Source: Lama glama (lineage: Eukaryota). From it: a DNA stretch of 64,000 bases. The number at the start of each line of letters is the position of its first letter. Position 1 is the first letter of the stretch. Where the stretch lies: the NCBI GenBank assembly GCA_028534125.1, contig CM052817.1, forward strand, positions 40,612,001 to 40,676,000, written 5' to 3'. This document shows positions 45,856 through 58,927 of the stretch, one piece after another. The notes below the pieces were generated by a model that worked only from the letters and a program-made list of their open reading frames with translations, searched no databases and was not told where the DNA came from. The translations under genes were made by a program, and so were the position numbers.

Positions 45856-48800
45856 GGAGAATGTCAGTAAAAATGGCAGATAAAAGGGCCCCCAAATATT
45901 TTCCCTTCCTTAAGAGCAATGAAAAAACTGGCAAAATTTTTCAGAATTAACTTTTTTAGAACTCTAGAAATTAACTAAAGGCTTATGGTAACCCAAGAAT
46001 TGTTTATTCAAGAAAAATGGCTGAATCTTAGTAAGAACAGTGAGCCTTGTGGCATTTTAACTTGCCCTAGTCCACCCATCCCCCACTTCCCAGCTATGTA
46101 ATAGCCTTAAAAAATAACAGCCCACGTTTCTGGGATAGCTTGACAGCCACCAGTGTGGGGAAAAATGTATTCAGAATTTATTCAAAGCCTCATTCTTATG
46201 GAATTGTCATTATCTGACCGTTTGGTGTTCCCTGGAATACATCACTTTCAAGGCTGACTCAGAGCTCACTCAGTGCTAAAAGTCAGCTCCCACAAGGTGC
46301 ATTGTCAAGAACAATTAAAGGCAGGGGTAGGGTTTATTTTTTTTTAAACTTTGCAGATGCCTTAGATGGATAGCAGCTGGGGAAAACAATAGACTAACAG
46401 AAAGATTAAAAGGAATAGCTGGTGAATGCACCGTTCATAGGGGGTTTGAAAAGCTCTGAAATATTCTTGATAATCTAGAAGGCCATGTACATCGAAGAGC
46501 TGTGAGCATGCCTAAGAAGGACCTGAGAAGGCTCTAAGCTCTCATTCCTGATTGATCTTCAGGTTCTATGCGAGCAAGAAGTGAAGGATAAGGTGGCATT
46601 ATGAACTGAGTTTAAAAGGCATGCTCCAGCACCCACACACACACAGCCAAGTCTGGGAGATTGATTGGTTATAGGTGTTTAAGGAAATTTCTACCTAATC
46701 ATTAGCTCACCAATAAGCTAACCAAGTAGAGGCACTAACATGACAAAAAATGTAGACTTCACAGAATTAGTTCTGGAAAGTCACTAAACAAATAGCAACA
46801 ACTATAACAAGTGGCAACAGCAACAAATGCTGCAGGTAGGGTGGGCAAATCTGGTTGCCAGAGTTGTCACATTATGTTATTTTAAATGTCTGGCTTTTAA
46901 TAAAAAATTATGAGACACAATTTAAAAACAGATTTTAAAAATTATGAGGTATTATTTAAAAAACAGAAGCAAGAAAATATGCTCCATACAAGGGAAAAAA
47001 TGAAATCAGTACAAATTGTACCTAAGGAACCCCAGATGTTGGACTTACAAGACTTTAAATCAACTGTTTTAAATATTCTAAAGAACTAAAGCAAACCAAA
47101 TCTAAGGAATTAATGTGTGATAACAACATTTCATCAAATAGAGAATACCAACAAAGAGACAGAAGTTATGAAAAAAAAAAAGATATGAAAACCCTGGAGC
47201 TTCAAAGTACAAAAGCTGAAATAAGAGAAATCACTAGTGGAGCTCAACAGCAGATGTGAAGTGGCAGAACAAAGAATCAGGGAACTTGAGGACGGATACA
47301 TTGATATTATCCAGTCTGGGGAACAGAAAAGAAAAGAATGAAGAAAAATGAACAAAGCCTCACAAACCAGTGGAGCACCAACAAATGTACCAGCATAAGC
47401 ATAATGGAAGTTCTAGAGGAAAGGAAAGTGAGGAAAGGGCAGAAAAAAATATCTGAAGAAATAATCGTTGAAAATTTCACAAATTTGATAGAAATCATTT
47501 ACCTATACATCCAACATGTTTGAAAAATCCAGAGGGTAAATTCCTAGTGATCTACACCTAAGAACATCATAATCAAACTACTGAAAACCAAAGGCAAAGA
47601 CAGAATCTTGAAAATAGCAACAGAGAATGGACTCATCACAAATATGGAAACCTCAGTAACATAAACAGCTGATCTCTCATCGAAAGTCATGGAAACCAGA
47701 AGACAATTGGATAACATATTTAAAGTGCTGAAAGGAAAAAAACCCTACCAACCAAGAATTCTATATCTGACAAGGAGAAATTAAGACATTGCCAGATAAA
47801 CAGGAACTGAGAGAGAGTTTATTACTAGCAGATGTGCCCTGAATGAAAATTCAACAGTCAGGACACTATACAGTAACTCAAATCCACATGAAGACGTAAA
47901 GAACACTGATAAAGTGGGTAAACACAGGTAAATATGACATAAAAATAAAAGTGTAGCTTTTGTTTGTTACTCCTTTCTCCCCTCATACCTGATTTAAGAC
48001 AACTGCAGAAAGAATAAGTACAAATATACATTGATAAGTACGCAGTGTATACAGATATAATTTATGATAACAGCATATAGAAGTAGTGGGGATGGAACTG
48101 ATTAAAGCAATTTTTAAAATATAGTATTGAAATTAAGTGAAGTATTAATCAGAACCAGATCGTTATAAATGAAGGTGTTAATGATAATCACCAGAGCAAC
48201 CGGTAAGAAAATAACTAAAAAATATAAAACAAAAGGATTGGTAAGGGAATTAAAAGGACATACCAGAACATACCTGTTCAACAGAAAAGAAGGCAGTGTT
48301 GAAGGAATCAAGGAAGAGAAAAAATCAGATATGTAGAAAACAATTAGAAAAGTGGCAGATGTAAATCGTACCTTATCAGTAATTAATTTAAATATAAATG
48401 GATTATCCTCTCCAATTAAAAGGTAGAGATGGGTAGAATGAATTTAAAAAATGTGATCAAACTGTGTGCTATCTGTAAGAGATTCACTTTAGATTAAGAC
48501 ACGAATAGTTTGAAAGTTAAAGGATGGGAAAAGATATGCTATGTGAATAGTAATCAAAGACCTGTAGTAGCTATACCAACATGAGACAAATAGACTTTAC
48601 GGCAAAAATTGTTACTAGAGACAGAGAACATTTTATAATAATTAAAGGGTCAGTTCATCAGGAAAACATGTTATAAATATCTGTGCTAACAACAGAGTTC
48701 CTCATTACATGAACTAAAAACTCACAAAATTGAAGGAAAAAATAGAAAGTTAAAAAATAATAGTTGGGACTTCAGTGCCCCACTTTCAATAATAGAACAA

Positions 48801-49220
48801 ACATGCAGAAAATCAAAAAGGAAATTGAAAATTGTGTAACATTATACACCACTGTAGACTAACAGAAAACTAGAACACTCCACCCCAAAACAGCAGAATA
48901 CATATTCTTCTCAAGTGCACATGAAACATTCTACAGGATAGACCATAATTGGGCCATAAAACAAACCTTAATAAATTTAAAAGAACTGAAGTATTTACAA
49001 AATATATCCTCTAATCATAATTCAGTAAAATTAGAAATCAGTAACAGAAGGACTTTTGCAAAAAATATGTGAAAATTAAATAATATATCCTAAAACAACC
49101 AATGGATTAAAAAAAATCACTAGAGATATACACTCATACTTTGACATGAATGAAAATGAAAATACAACATGCCAAATTATAGGATGCAGCTAAAGCCATT
49201 CTTAGAGGGAAACCTATAGA
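45856..49220 (+). mobile_element. Degenerate LINE-1 5' half (5' UTR, ORF1 and endonuclease start of ORF2)
   Basis: ORF1-like gaagtggcagaacaaagaatcagggaacttgagga...atatctgaagaaataatcgttgaaaatttc; ORF2-like aatataaatggattatcctctccaattaaaagg and catattcttctcaagtgcacatgaaacattc. Frames are broken. Confidence 0.9.
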
Positions 49221-50224
49221 AATAAAATCCTAAATACAAATTCTATAAACAAACAAACTAATGAATAAATACAGAGGCTATCTAGGGCATGCTCTCATGG
49301 TGATAGCAGAGGAGCAAGAACAAATAAACTCAATCAAGCAAGCTCTTTCAAAGCCTCTGCTGGTGTTATATCTACTAGTAACCTATCGGCCAAAATAAAT
49401 TACATGACTGAGCCAGAGTGAAGGGGAGGGTCACAACGCACTCCCCACAGTGTGAGGGCCCTGATGCTTTCACTGTATTATACTTATTTGTAATGTTGCT
49501 TAATTCTGTTTCCCTGTTTTTGAAGTAGGCATAGAATTACAGAAGACCAAGGTAAAAGCAGTGAAAACCATATTTTCGTTGTTTAAGATCTGTGGTTCTG
49601 AATTTCTACTTAGCATAAGTTCATGTTGGATAGCTGCTTTAACTGTGTATTCTAATCATTGGTGTCCATGGAGGAAATATTAGCCTGTTGCTACACATTG
49701 TCTGATCAGCGGTGTTGCTCTGTTCAGATGCCGTTGTTTAAATGGTACTGGAAAGTGATTCTTTAATATGGCTTATCTTTTGAGGTTGTCCATCTTGAAG
49801 TACTGAGTCCTACTTGGGCTCTGTTAGTTAGCCCAGAATTAATAACCCTTTGCTAACTGGTGAAGCTGGAGGATGGAATTGGGGAAAGCCTGAACATTGT
49901 ATCATATAAACTGATTTTCGTATTGTCCACTTGGTGGTACAGTTGTTTTTAGAAAGCAGTATTAATGAGCCAAGCAAGAGAGAGAATCTTTAATTCCTAG
50001 CCATGAGAAAAATGCAGCATATGTTTTTAGTACATATTCTAGGCAGCATCATTACTTTTATTAAAGTGTAAAAAGCAATGTTCACATAATTTTTTTTTGG
50101 CTAAGGAGGCGTGATAATTCCTTTTCCCAACACATCAGATGAAGCTACTTGCTTATTGGTTAGAGTCTGGTGCTCAGAAATAAAGATTTTAGAGACTGTC
50201 TTTCTAGAACAAGTTTAAAAAAAT

Positions 50225-50391
50225 TATTTTTTTTTATTTTTAGGGTTTTTTTTTGGGGGGTGGTAGGTAGGTTGGTTTGTTTGTTTGTTTGTTTATTTAT
50301 TTATTTTCAATGGCTGTACTGGAGATTGAACCCAGGACCTCGTGCATGCTAAGCACTCACTTTACGGTTGAGCTATACCGCCATCCTCCCC
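50225..50391 (-). mobile_element. tRNA-derived SINE, camelid type
   Basis: gtactggagattgaacccaggacctcgtgcatgctaagcac...gagctatacc is the reverse complement of the SINE head seen at 22013. Confidence 0.85.
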
Positions 50392-50504
50392 TTTAGAGAT
50401 TTCTTAATTTGGGTAATCCTAAATGCCATCTAATCTTTATTATTATTTTCTTAATTAAGAAAAGTCCTTGTGTACCGTAATCCTTCTCATGTAATGTGGT
50501 CTAA

Positions 50505-50670
50505 GTTCTTCTTCCTCAAAGTGTGGTCTGCTGACAGCAACAATGTCATTGCTTGGGAGCTTGTTGAAAATGCAGAATCTTGGCACTCACCCCAAACCTA
50601 CTGAATCAGACTGCACTTCGACAAAATCCCCAGGTGTTTTGCATGCACTGTGAGATGCACTATTCCTCAC
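50505..50670. mobile_element. MER5-family DNA transposon
   Basis: ctcaaagtgtggtc...gggagcttgttgaaaatgcagaatct...cctactgaatcaga. Confidence 0.75.
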
Positions 50671-51339
50671 TGGTAAAATGCAAGCAACGATGGTGAGGTA
50701 CAAAGGGAAGAGAAGTAGGGCAGGTGTGAGGATTGCAATCATTTAACAGACATTCAGATATTTATTCTGAACCTTTAGTTGCTTATTTGAAACCATCCTG
50801 AAATGCCCATGCTCCAGTGCTGGAGATGATGTATACATGGCGCCACCTTGAGTTCTTTTAGGTGCTAAAGGAAAGAAAGCAGAGTTATGTCCATCATTCA
50901 CATGCTCATCAATCACTCACCCAAATACAGGAGCTTCTGGAAACTGGTGTTCTCTTCTGGTCCAGCCAGTGACTGATGGTGTGACATTTAGCAGGATGTT
51001 AATCTCTTAGTCTTTAGCTTCTTTATCTGAAAAATGAGGTTGTCGGGCAAGTTTATCCTTTTCAGCTTTTCTAAAAACGCTTTCGTTTTAGGTATCGTCG
51101 GGGCTGATACTCAACGGTGAACTTGTACCCATCTTTATGCTGGCATCTGTTTAGAACGGCTGGTGCTGATGCCCCACTGGTTGTTACATAGTTTGACTAC
51201 TGTCAGCTGATGGTTGTAGGGGAAATAAATGCCGGGGACTGTTAGGAACGAAGTATTATCACTGTAGGTTCCAGAATATTTGCATGTTATGGACTCAGAT
51301 ACACATAAATATAGGCCTGAGGTCTAAGAAAGCTGAACC

Positions 51340-51590
51340 AAGCTGTGCAGGGAGTGGAAAGTACATGGACTTTGATGTCAAACAGTCTTGGGTTTGTATC
51401 CTAGTTCTGCTGCATCCTGGCTGCAGGGGTCTAAAGTGTATTACCTAAACTCACTTGGTATCAGTTTTGTTTTTCAGCTGAAAATATGGGATTAATATAA
51501 AAATACATACCTCAAAGTATAATTATTAGGAATTAATAAGATAATTTATGTAGAGAATCTGGCAAATAATGGATGCTTAATAAATGTTGG
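51340..51590 (+). mobile_element. MIR SINE
   Basis: ggactttgatgtcaaacagtcttgggtttgtatcctagttctgc...aggaattaataagataat...cttaataaatgtt. Confidence 0.7.
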
Positions 51591-52228
51591 TTTCCTCTTC
51601 ACTTATATATCCATAATCAGAATAACTTATACATAAACCTTTACTTTTGGAAATGTCTATAGTGTGATACACTGAATGAACAGTCTTAATAACTTAAAAA
51701 ACGATAGCTAAATTTTAGGGCAATTCTAATAATTCTAATTGGGGAGGGGGATGTTATACATTCATCTAGGGCTCTTACTAAGGTCAAAGATGACTTTTTG
51801 CTTTAGGCCAGTGGTCTTAAAACATTTTTGCTTGCAAACAAATAAATAATATACAAACACAGCCCTGTACTCAACATGCGTTTTTAAGTTAGCATCTAAA
51901 ATTTTTCATCATAAACTGAAATAGTTGCAAAGGATGCAATTTCTGGTGTATTGTAAGTATTACTGTTAAAAGTAAAACTAGTGTTTATTTTAGATTTAGA
52001 ATAATTAAAGTTTGTAAGAAGCATGCTGGAAAATTTCATTTGGCAAGGTGGACCATTCTATATTTTTATAATTCTTATTAGTGACAAACATCCTGGTGAG
52101 GACTTGCTTTCACCAGTGTCTCATTCTGTGCCCTGGGTGCTTATTTATAAACTTCATTTCAAGGAAGAGAAAGTGAAAAGTTACATGTTTATTTCTGACA
52201 GTTCAACATTGCCTCTTTGAATAAAAGC

Positions 52229-52360
52229 AGGGTTTGGCAAACTTTTTCTTCAAAGGGCAGATAGTAAATATTTAAATCACATGGTCTCTGTCCCAACTAT
52301 TCAGCTCTCCCTTGTAGTGGAAGACCAGCTATGAACAATACAGGAGTGGACAGAGCTGTG
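52229..52360. mobile_element. MER58A-like fragment
   Basis: cagggtttggcaaactttttcttcaaagggcagatagtaaatattt. Confidence 0.7.
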
Positions 52361-54292
52361 TTCCAGTAGGATTACTTACCCTATTAGCTGTCACTCCCTA
52401 TTCTCCACCTCCTACCGCAGTCCGAGGAAACTACGTTTTTACTTTCCATCTCTGTAGATTTGCGTAGGCTGGACTTTTGGAAGCCTACTTAAGAGCTTGT
52501 TAGGATGATTTTGTAGGAACCTAATTCTCTGTATTAAATTCCTTTCTGCTTACAATGCCTTGAATGATTTCTGTTTCTTGTACTGAATCTTGGTTCAGTC
52601 AGGGTTAAAGGAAAAAAAATGAATTATATGGCCTTTTCAACTTATAAAAAGGAGCTTGTTTGTTAATGTGTGATAATGGCTGTCAAATCGCTATGATATT
52701 TCGATTCAATTGAATACAGTGTTTACAGCCTGCCAAAATTATATCGTTCGAAAGTATATTTATGATGAAAAAAATTTAGATGTTTTACCTGAAATTGCAC
52801 AAGATAAGTAGTTTTCAAAACTCTTATAGGTGTTTTGCAAAGGAGTTTGAAGTCTTGCTTTAGTCTGGGCATCCTTATCTCTAGAATGTCCTTTGAAACT
52901 AAGGACCATGTTCTCTGGCTTCAGTTGTTCAAAGTGGTTTACTAACTTTTACAAGTCATTTTTGATTCCTTAAATGACAAAGCAATATGTATTTATTACT
53001 TAAAACTTACCAAACAGTACAGATGGGATGATCCTACCTAGAATCACACTTTCTGAAGATAACTATACTTCACAGACTTTTATCCTGAGAACTTTCTCTG
53101 ACCCAGGAGCTGTGGGAGAAACTTATTGGGTACATCTGATGGCCTCTTGAGGTGCCTTCTAGCATCTGAGATTTAAGTACAAATTTGGCGCCTTTCACCG
53201 GGCTCTCTTCGAATTCCTAGCACGGTGCCCTACCTCTGGTACTTAATGAATCTTTGCTGATACTGGCCTCTCATTTAAATGAGTCAAAGCCTTGAAAAGG
53301 AGCTAAAAAGTAGATCATCTATGATGTGAGTGTAAAGTACACATCTTTATGTGTAGTAAAGATCCTGTGCTAAGCGGTGCTTTTTTTGTTTTTTGTTTTT
53401 TTCTGTTTTTGTAATCAAAGATTACATTCACTTTTTAAAAAAGTGGACAACTATCACACAGAAATAAAAAATGTGTTTTTAGTTAAGGATTACCTTCTTG
53501 AACTTGCCAAAATGAAGTGGTTCCTCATACTGTATCATTTCAGTAGAGATAATACTGATAATACTTGACATTCATAATGGCTCTATGTTTTACAAAGTAC
53601 TTTGGGATGTATCTTATTTGAGCCTAGACAGGCAGACTTAGTAAGGATTGTGCCCATTTTACAGTTGGGTAGAGATGGAGGCTGAAAGGTTCTTTGACTT
53701 TTCAGGGTCACATTGTTAATGGTAGAGCTTGAACTAAAACATTTTGACTTTAGTGTTCTTTCCCCCACCTACACACAAAACATTGCCCAACAATTGCTTT
53801 TATTAAATGATAATTTGGGTAAGATGACTTTCAGGGGCAATTATGGGATGGCTGGCATATGCTGCTGCAATTTTCACTTACTGCACAACTTTCCTGTCTT
53901 GGAAGCTAACCAACAGTTTAGATCTATTATATTAGTTGTGGCCTGATGAGGGCGCTCTTATTCAATGCATGGTTTGAAACCTGATGTTAACTCTCTCTTG
54001 TAACTTCACATATTGCTTAAATAAATGTGTGCGAGTGTGAGTATATTTAACTTGAACGAAACAGAGTATTTCAATTCAGTTTCACCTATTTTTTTTCACC
54101 TACCCAAATAACTGGAATCTTGTCTTTTTCTCTTTCTTTGAACATACCACAATGCAGATGTAAAACAATGAAGAACCTTCCAAAGATGGAATTAATTTAA
54201 CTCTGATTCTGGAGGGAGGCTGTGGAGAGGGAAACGAGGCTGGATCTGTGTCCAACACTGAGAAGATGGTCAGCAACCAGTGGAAATTTTTT

Positions 54293-54733
54293 TTTAACAT
54301 TTTTTATTGATTTATAATCATTTTACAATGTTGTGTCAAATTCCAGTGTTCAGCACAATTTTTCAGTCATTCATGGACATATACACACTCATTGTCACAT
54401 TTTTTTCTCTGTGATTTATCATAACATTTTGTGTGTATTTCCCTGTGCTATACAGTGTAATCTTGTTTATCTATTCTACAATTTTGNNNNNNNNNNNNNN
54501 NNNNNNNNNNNNNNNNNNNNNNNNNNNNNNNNNNNNNNNNNNNNNNNNNNNNNNNNNNNNNNNNNNNNNNNNNNNNNNNNNNNNNNTGTGAGTCTGTTTC
54601 TGTCCTGTATTTATGCTTTGTTTTTGTTTGTTTGTTTGTTTTTGTTTTTGTTTTTTAGATTCCACATATGAGTGATCTCATATGGTATTTTTCTTTCTCT
54701 TTCTGGCTTACTTCACTTACAATGACATTCTCC
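54293..54733 (-). mobile_element. Young, 5'-truncated lineage-specific L1 3' end spanning an assembly gap
   Basis: Perfect TSD aaccagtggaaatttttt (54275-54292 and 54734-54751); TT/AAAA endonuclease site on the - strand; L1 3'-UTR text ttttagattccacatatgagtgatctcatatggtattt. Confidence 0.85.
54487..54586. other. Assembly gap (100 N)
   Basis: Run of exactly 100 N, the usual placeholder for a gap of unknown size. Confidence 0.99.
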
Positions 54734-56451
54734 AACCAGTGGAAATTTTTTAAGGAGCCCTTTGACTCTGTTCCCCCAGCCCGATCCCAGGAGTGCAGAC
54801 ATCATATAAAAAAGTTTTCCTGTTTATGTGCAGGCCCTCAGTTTTTGGATTAGCGTTAACACCAAAAGGTTTGAGGTTGACATTTGTGTTTGTTGATTTA
54901 CTGATGGAAAAATTAACCTTAGTTTCTGCTTTTGTTTCGGAGCTGCCCATTTATGGACTAACTTGGGTAATCCCTTCCTGACTGGGCTGGTTCTCTTCCC
55001 CCACCTGCCATCATCACAGACACACATGCAGGTCTCTCTCGAGCAGGTGCCATCCCATCTACCCAGTCCTGGGAGGCCCTCGACATGATTGGAACATCAC
55101 GTGGTCTGTCAGCCCCATTGTCACTCTCACTGGCTAGTCTGTGGACAATTCCTTAATTTACTAAAATCCATTCTACCGTGGAACATTTAATTTCTTAAAT
55201 TAAATAGTGTCAGACAGCAGTGACTTTGCCACTTCCTAGTGTGGAAACTCTGGACAAGTGACTGAACCCCTTTAGATTTCATTTTCCTCATTTGCAGAGT
55301 GGGGCTAATAATAGTACTGACCTTAAAGTGGATTTGTGGGGTTTTAGAGCTTTTGTAGGAGAACTGCTTAGCATATGGCCTGATAAATACTCAGTATTAT
55401 TAACCATCCTCGGTTGTAGGCCCCAAACTTAGTGGATAGGGTTTTCTGGGGGAAGGGGGTACAGGACTAGTAAGAATAATTTTAGGAACAGTAAGTTGCA
55501 ATAGGGCCCCCCAAAAACTTCTGTGAACTCACAAGCAGAAACTTAACAATAAGAACTTAAGGGAGAAGGAGATTCAGGGTCCACACAGGAGATTAATGGT
55601 CATTTTGGGAGATGACGTCCTCGGTATGAGCGGCAGTAAAGGGGCTCAGGTGAGAATTGCAGATCCCAGTGATTCGTTCCCTAGGCAGTCTGCCAGGAAG
55701 GATGACTCAGTGATAAGCATCTCCAGGTTGAGGGCTGGAGCAGCTCAAGTAAGTTCAGCTCAGTGCATGCATTATACCCAGGAAGACAGAGGTAAGAAAA
55801 ATGTACAGATTGGCACCTGAAATGATGAAATCCAGCAGTGTTTTATTGTACATCTACCCTTTTCTTCCCCCTCAGTGTTTTACTCTTTCAAAATTTATTT
55901 TTATATGGTTGAAATAATGTATGTGCATAGAATTTTTTAGTCAAGAAAGTGTTTGTTTGGGGATCTCAAATATTTTTGGTTTGGCATACTTTTTTTTATA
56001 GCAATGGATTATTAAATTCTTAGAGCATTTGAAATGATATGTTTGATATGATATGATTTTTTAATGCTGAAAAAGAGGACTCTCCCAATATATGTAAAAC
56101 CTTCTGGTGATGTTCTCTTTCTTATCATTGTTTAAATTTGTATTTTAAATGTATCCTCATCTTCCTTCTCTGTCTTCAACTTCCTAAATGCTGCAGAGAA
56201 AGGATGAAATAGAATGGATGTGAACGTGACTTCCTTGAGAAAGGAGCATCTATTAGATTGGATTCCTAGTGGACTCAAGGAAAGATACCAGATAGTAGCT
56301 GTGTGTGGTTGGGAGATGGGCTAAGGCTAGTTTTGTAAAGGGAAGAATGCAGTCAACTTAGAAGAATTAAACCTCAACCATCTGTCTATTTTAAATGACA
56401 TTCTTGATTCCAGAATCTTAATGAAGTAGAGTGTAAAATCACTGATGGAGA

Positions 56452-56830
56452 TGTAGTAGTCAAGCTCGGCTAACTAGCTGAAAATCTCAGTGGTATAGAA
56501 AAACCTGAGAGTCTCAGTGGCTTAACATAACAAAGGTTTCTTTCTCTTTTCTGTCACAGTCTGATGCTTGGCTGTCCTCCAAGTGGTGACTCAGGGATCC
56601 GAGTTGCTTTTATCTTGCATCTCTGCAGTCTCAGAGTACATCATTTCCTGCATGGACAGGAGAGAGAGAGGGTATGGATAAGGTACACCCTTCTTGGGTT
56701 AGAAGTGACATCACTTTAGCTCACACGCCGGTTGTTAAGAAATAGTGATATGATCCCAGCAGGCTTCATGGGACCTGGGAAATGGAGAGGAACACATGGA
56801 TATTTGGGGAGCATTAGCGATCTTTGCCAT
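56452..56830 (-). mobile_element. MLT1-type LTR, old
   Basis: tctcagtggcttaacataacaaaggtttc...tccaagtggtgactcagggatcc...agaagtgacatcacttt. Confidence 0.65.
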
Positions 56831-58209
56831 AGATACATTGCCTCCAACAGGCTAGTCTCTGTTCTTTATTTTCTCATGGCAAATTTCTCATAAAATTAGT
56901 ATCAGGAAAAGGCTTTCCTTTTCTAAAGAGTATGCTTTTTCTTTTTCTTTGTAGTCAGGAACTTTAAATTTAATGCTGATGTCTACCTGATCTCAGATTT
57001 TTGGTGGTATTGTCTATCCTCTTCTCTACTAGGTTTCTGAAATCATTTTATGATGGTTTAAACAAAAGTGCTTTAGTATCTGACATGACAAGCCAGGCAG
57101 CTCAGGGGTTGTTAATTCAGTGGTACAGCATAGAGGACCATCTATGCTTCTTTTTTTGCTCTACAAATCTCAGTGTTTGGCATTGTCTCCCCTCCATGTC
57201 ATGAATAGCTTAGTAGTTCATGATGTCACATGCCATGGTAGACGTTGGTCAGGCCTGGGCCTTGTGTTGCAGGAGATGAATGATGGTCACAGACTGGTCA
57301 TCATGGCATGGTTGAAATGTAATGCCACTAGGCATGCATCATGCCTAGTTAGTATGTAATATCATATATATAACCTGTGGACAATGTTTCAAAATGATGC
57401 TTGGTGGCAAGGTAAAAAATTACATCCAGAGTTGGATGTAAAGGCAGATGGCTTGTTAAAAAAGTTTTTGCACTCATGCAAAGAAATCATGTTGGCATAT
57501 CAGGTGACATGTTTGGTAGGGGGTGGTAATATAGGAATGGTGATAAACAGAAGGATTTGCTGATGACTTGGATGTGAGGACTGAGAAAGACAAAGACTTG
57601 AGAATGGCTCTAAGTTTTTGGTCTGAACAGTGGAAGAAATGGAATTGCTATTGATGAAAATGGGGAATACTGGAAGAGCTTGGTGGTGTTTCATAAATAA
57701 AATGTATTAAGTTGTTAATAGAGATTGTAGGGTAAGACATTACAAGGAGTCTGGATACTGGGGCTGAGCTAGAGAGCTGAGATGGTGAGCTGGAATCAGA
57801 GCACTGCCCCAGGTCCTTGGGCCCAGCAGGTAGGATGGGTACCTGACATGGGCAAGGACTCCTGATACTAGAGCCCTTCCTCTTATCCCAGGCCATGATC
57901 CTCTCCAGGCATGACTGGCAACAAGTGTTCATTTTACAAAGAGCTCTGATACCCATTATCCCACTCAGCCCTCCGAACCCTGTAATGTGGCGACTGCTCT
58001 CATGCCTGTGACCAAAGACTTGCAGACAATCTCAGAAAAGTTGTTACTCATGCATTCATTTAAGAAACACATTACGTGCTGGTTGTATGTCAGGAAACCA
58101 ACCCCAGCTCTCCTGATTCAAGACCAGTGTTCTTTCCATATATCTACTTCAATACATTGATTCCTGCTTCACTCTCCTCCTAAATTTGCCTCTCAACTAT
58201 TCCCCTTCT

Positions 58210-58645
58210 GTTGTGGTTTTGAAATGTCTCACAAATTCATTAATACTCCTCCTTTCAAGGTGGGGGGGGGGCTATTTCCCCTCCCCATGAATGTGGGCCG
58301 CTTCACCGCTAATGAATTAGAATAAAGCAGAAGTGGTGTGTGATTTCAGAGCTATGTCATAAAAAGGACTGCAGCTTCCTGCTTGTTCTCTGGTTCCCTC
58401 TTGGGTCACTTGCTCTGGGGAAGCCAGCTGCCATACTGTGAGAAGAGCTTTGGAGAGGTCCATTGAGGGAAGAATTGAGGCCTCTGGGCAAGAGATATGT
58501 CAGTGACCTTGCGATCAGGTCCCCTAGCCCCTGCCCACATCTTGACTGCAACTTCATGAGAGGCCCTGAGCTAGAACCACCTCAGGAAGCTATTCTTGGA
58601 TTTCAGACCTTTAGAAACTCTGTGAAATGATAAATACTTGCTTTT
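58210..58645 (+). mobile_element. MLT1-type LTR
   Basis: gggtcacttgctctggggaagccagctgccat...cttgactgcaacttcatgagaggccctgagctagaaccac...gaaactctgtgaaatgataaata. Confidence 0.8.
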
Positions 58646-58795
58646 TTTTTTAAATTAGATTTTAAAACATACTGGAAAAAATAGGAAAAAATATAATTCA
58701 TAATCTCATGAAAAATCATAATATCTATTCCAAAAATATAAGAAGGAAAATTTAAAATAAAAGTCTTCTTCTCCCATCCCTGATCTCTGCTTCTT

Positions 58796-58927
58796 TTTTT
58801 CCAGCTTTATTTAGATATAATTGACATATAACATTGTATTAGTCCAAGGTATACAACATAATGATTTGATATATGCATCCATTGTGAATTGGTTGCCACA
58901 ATGCATTTCAGTTAGCACCAGCCACCT
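58796..58927 (-). mobile_element. Short L1MA 3' end with TSD
   Basis: ccagctttatttagatataattgacatataaca; TSD ctgatctct(g/a)cttctt at 58780-58795 and 58928-58943. Confidence 0.75.

Noticed and set aside
45856..49220. Active LINE-1 with ORF1/ORF2
   Set aside because: Only fragments of about 60-70 codons remain open, and the element stops in early ORF2.
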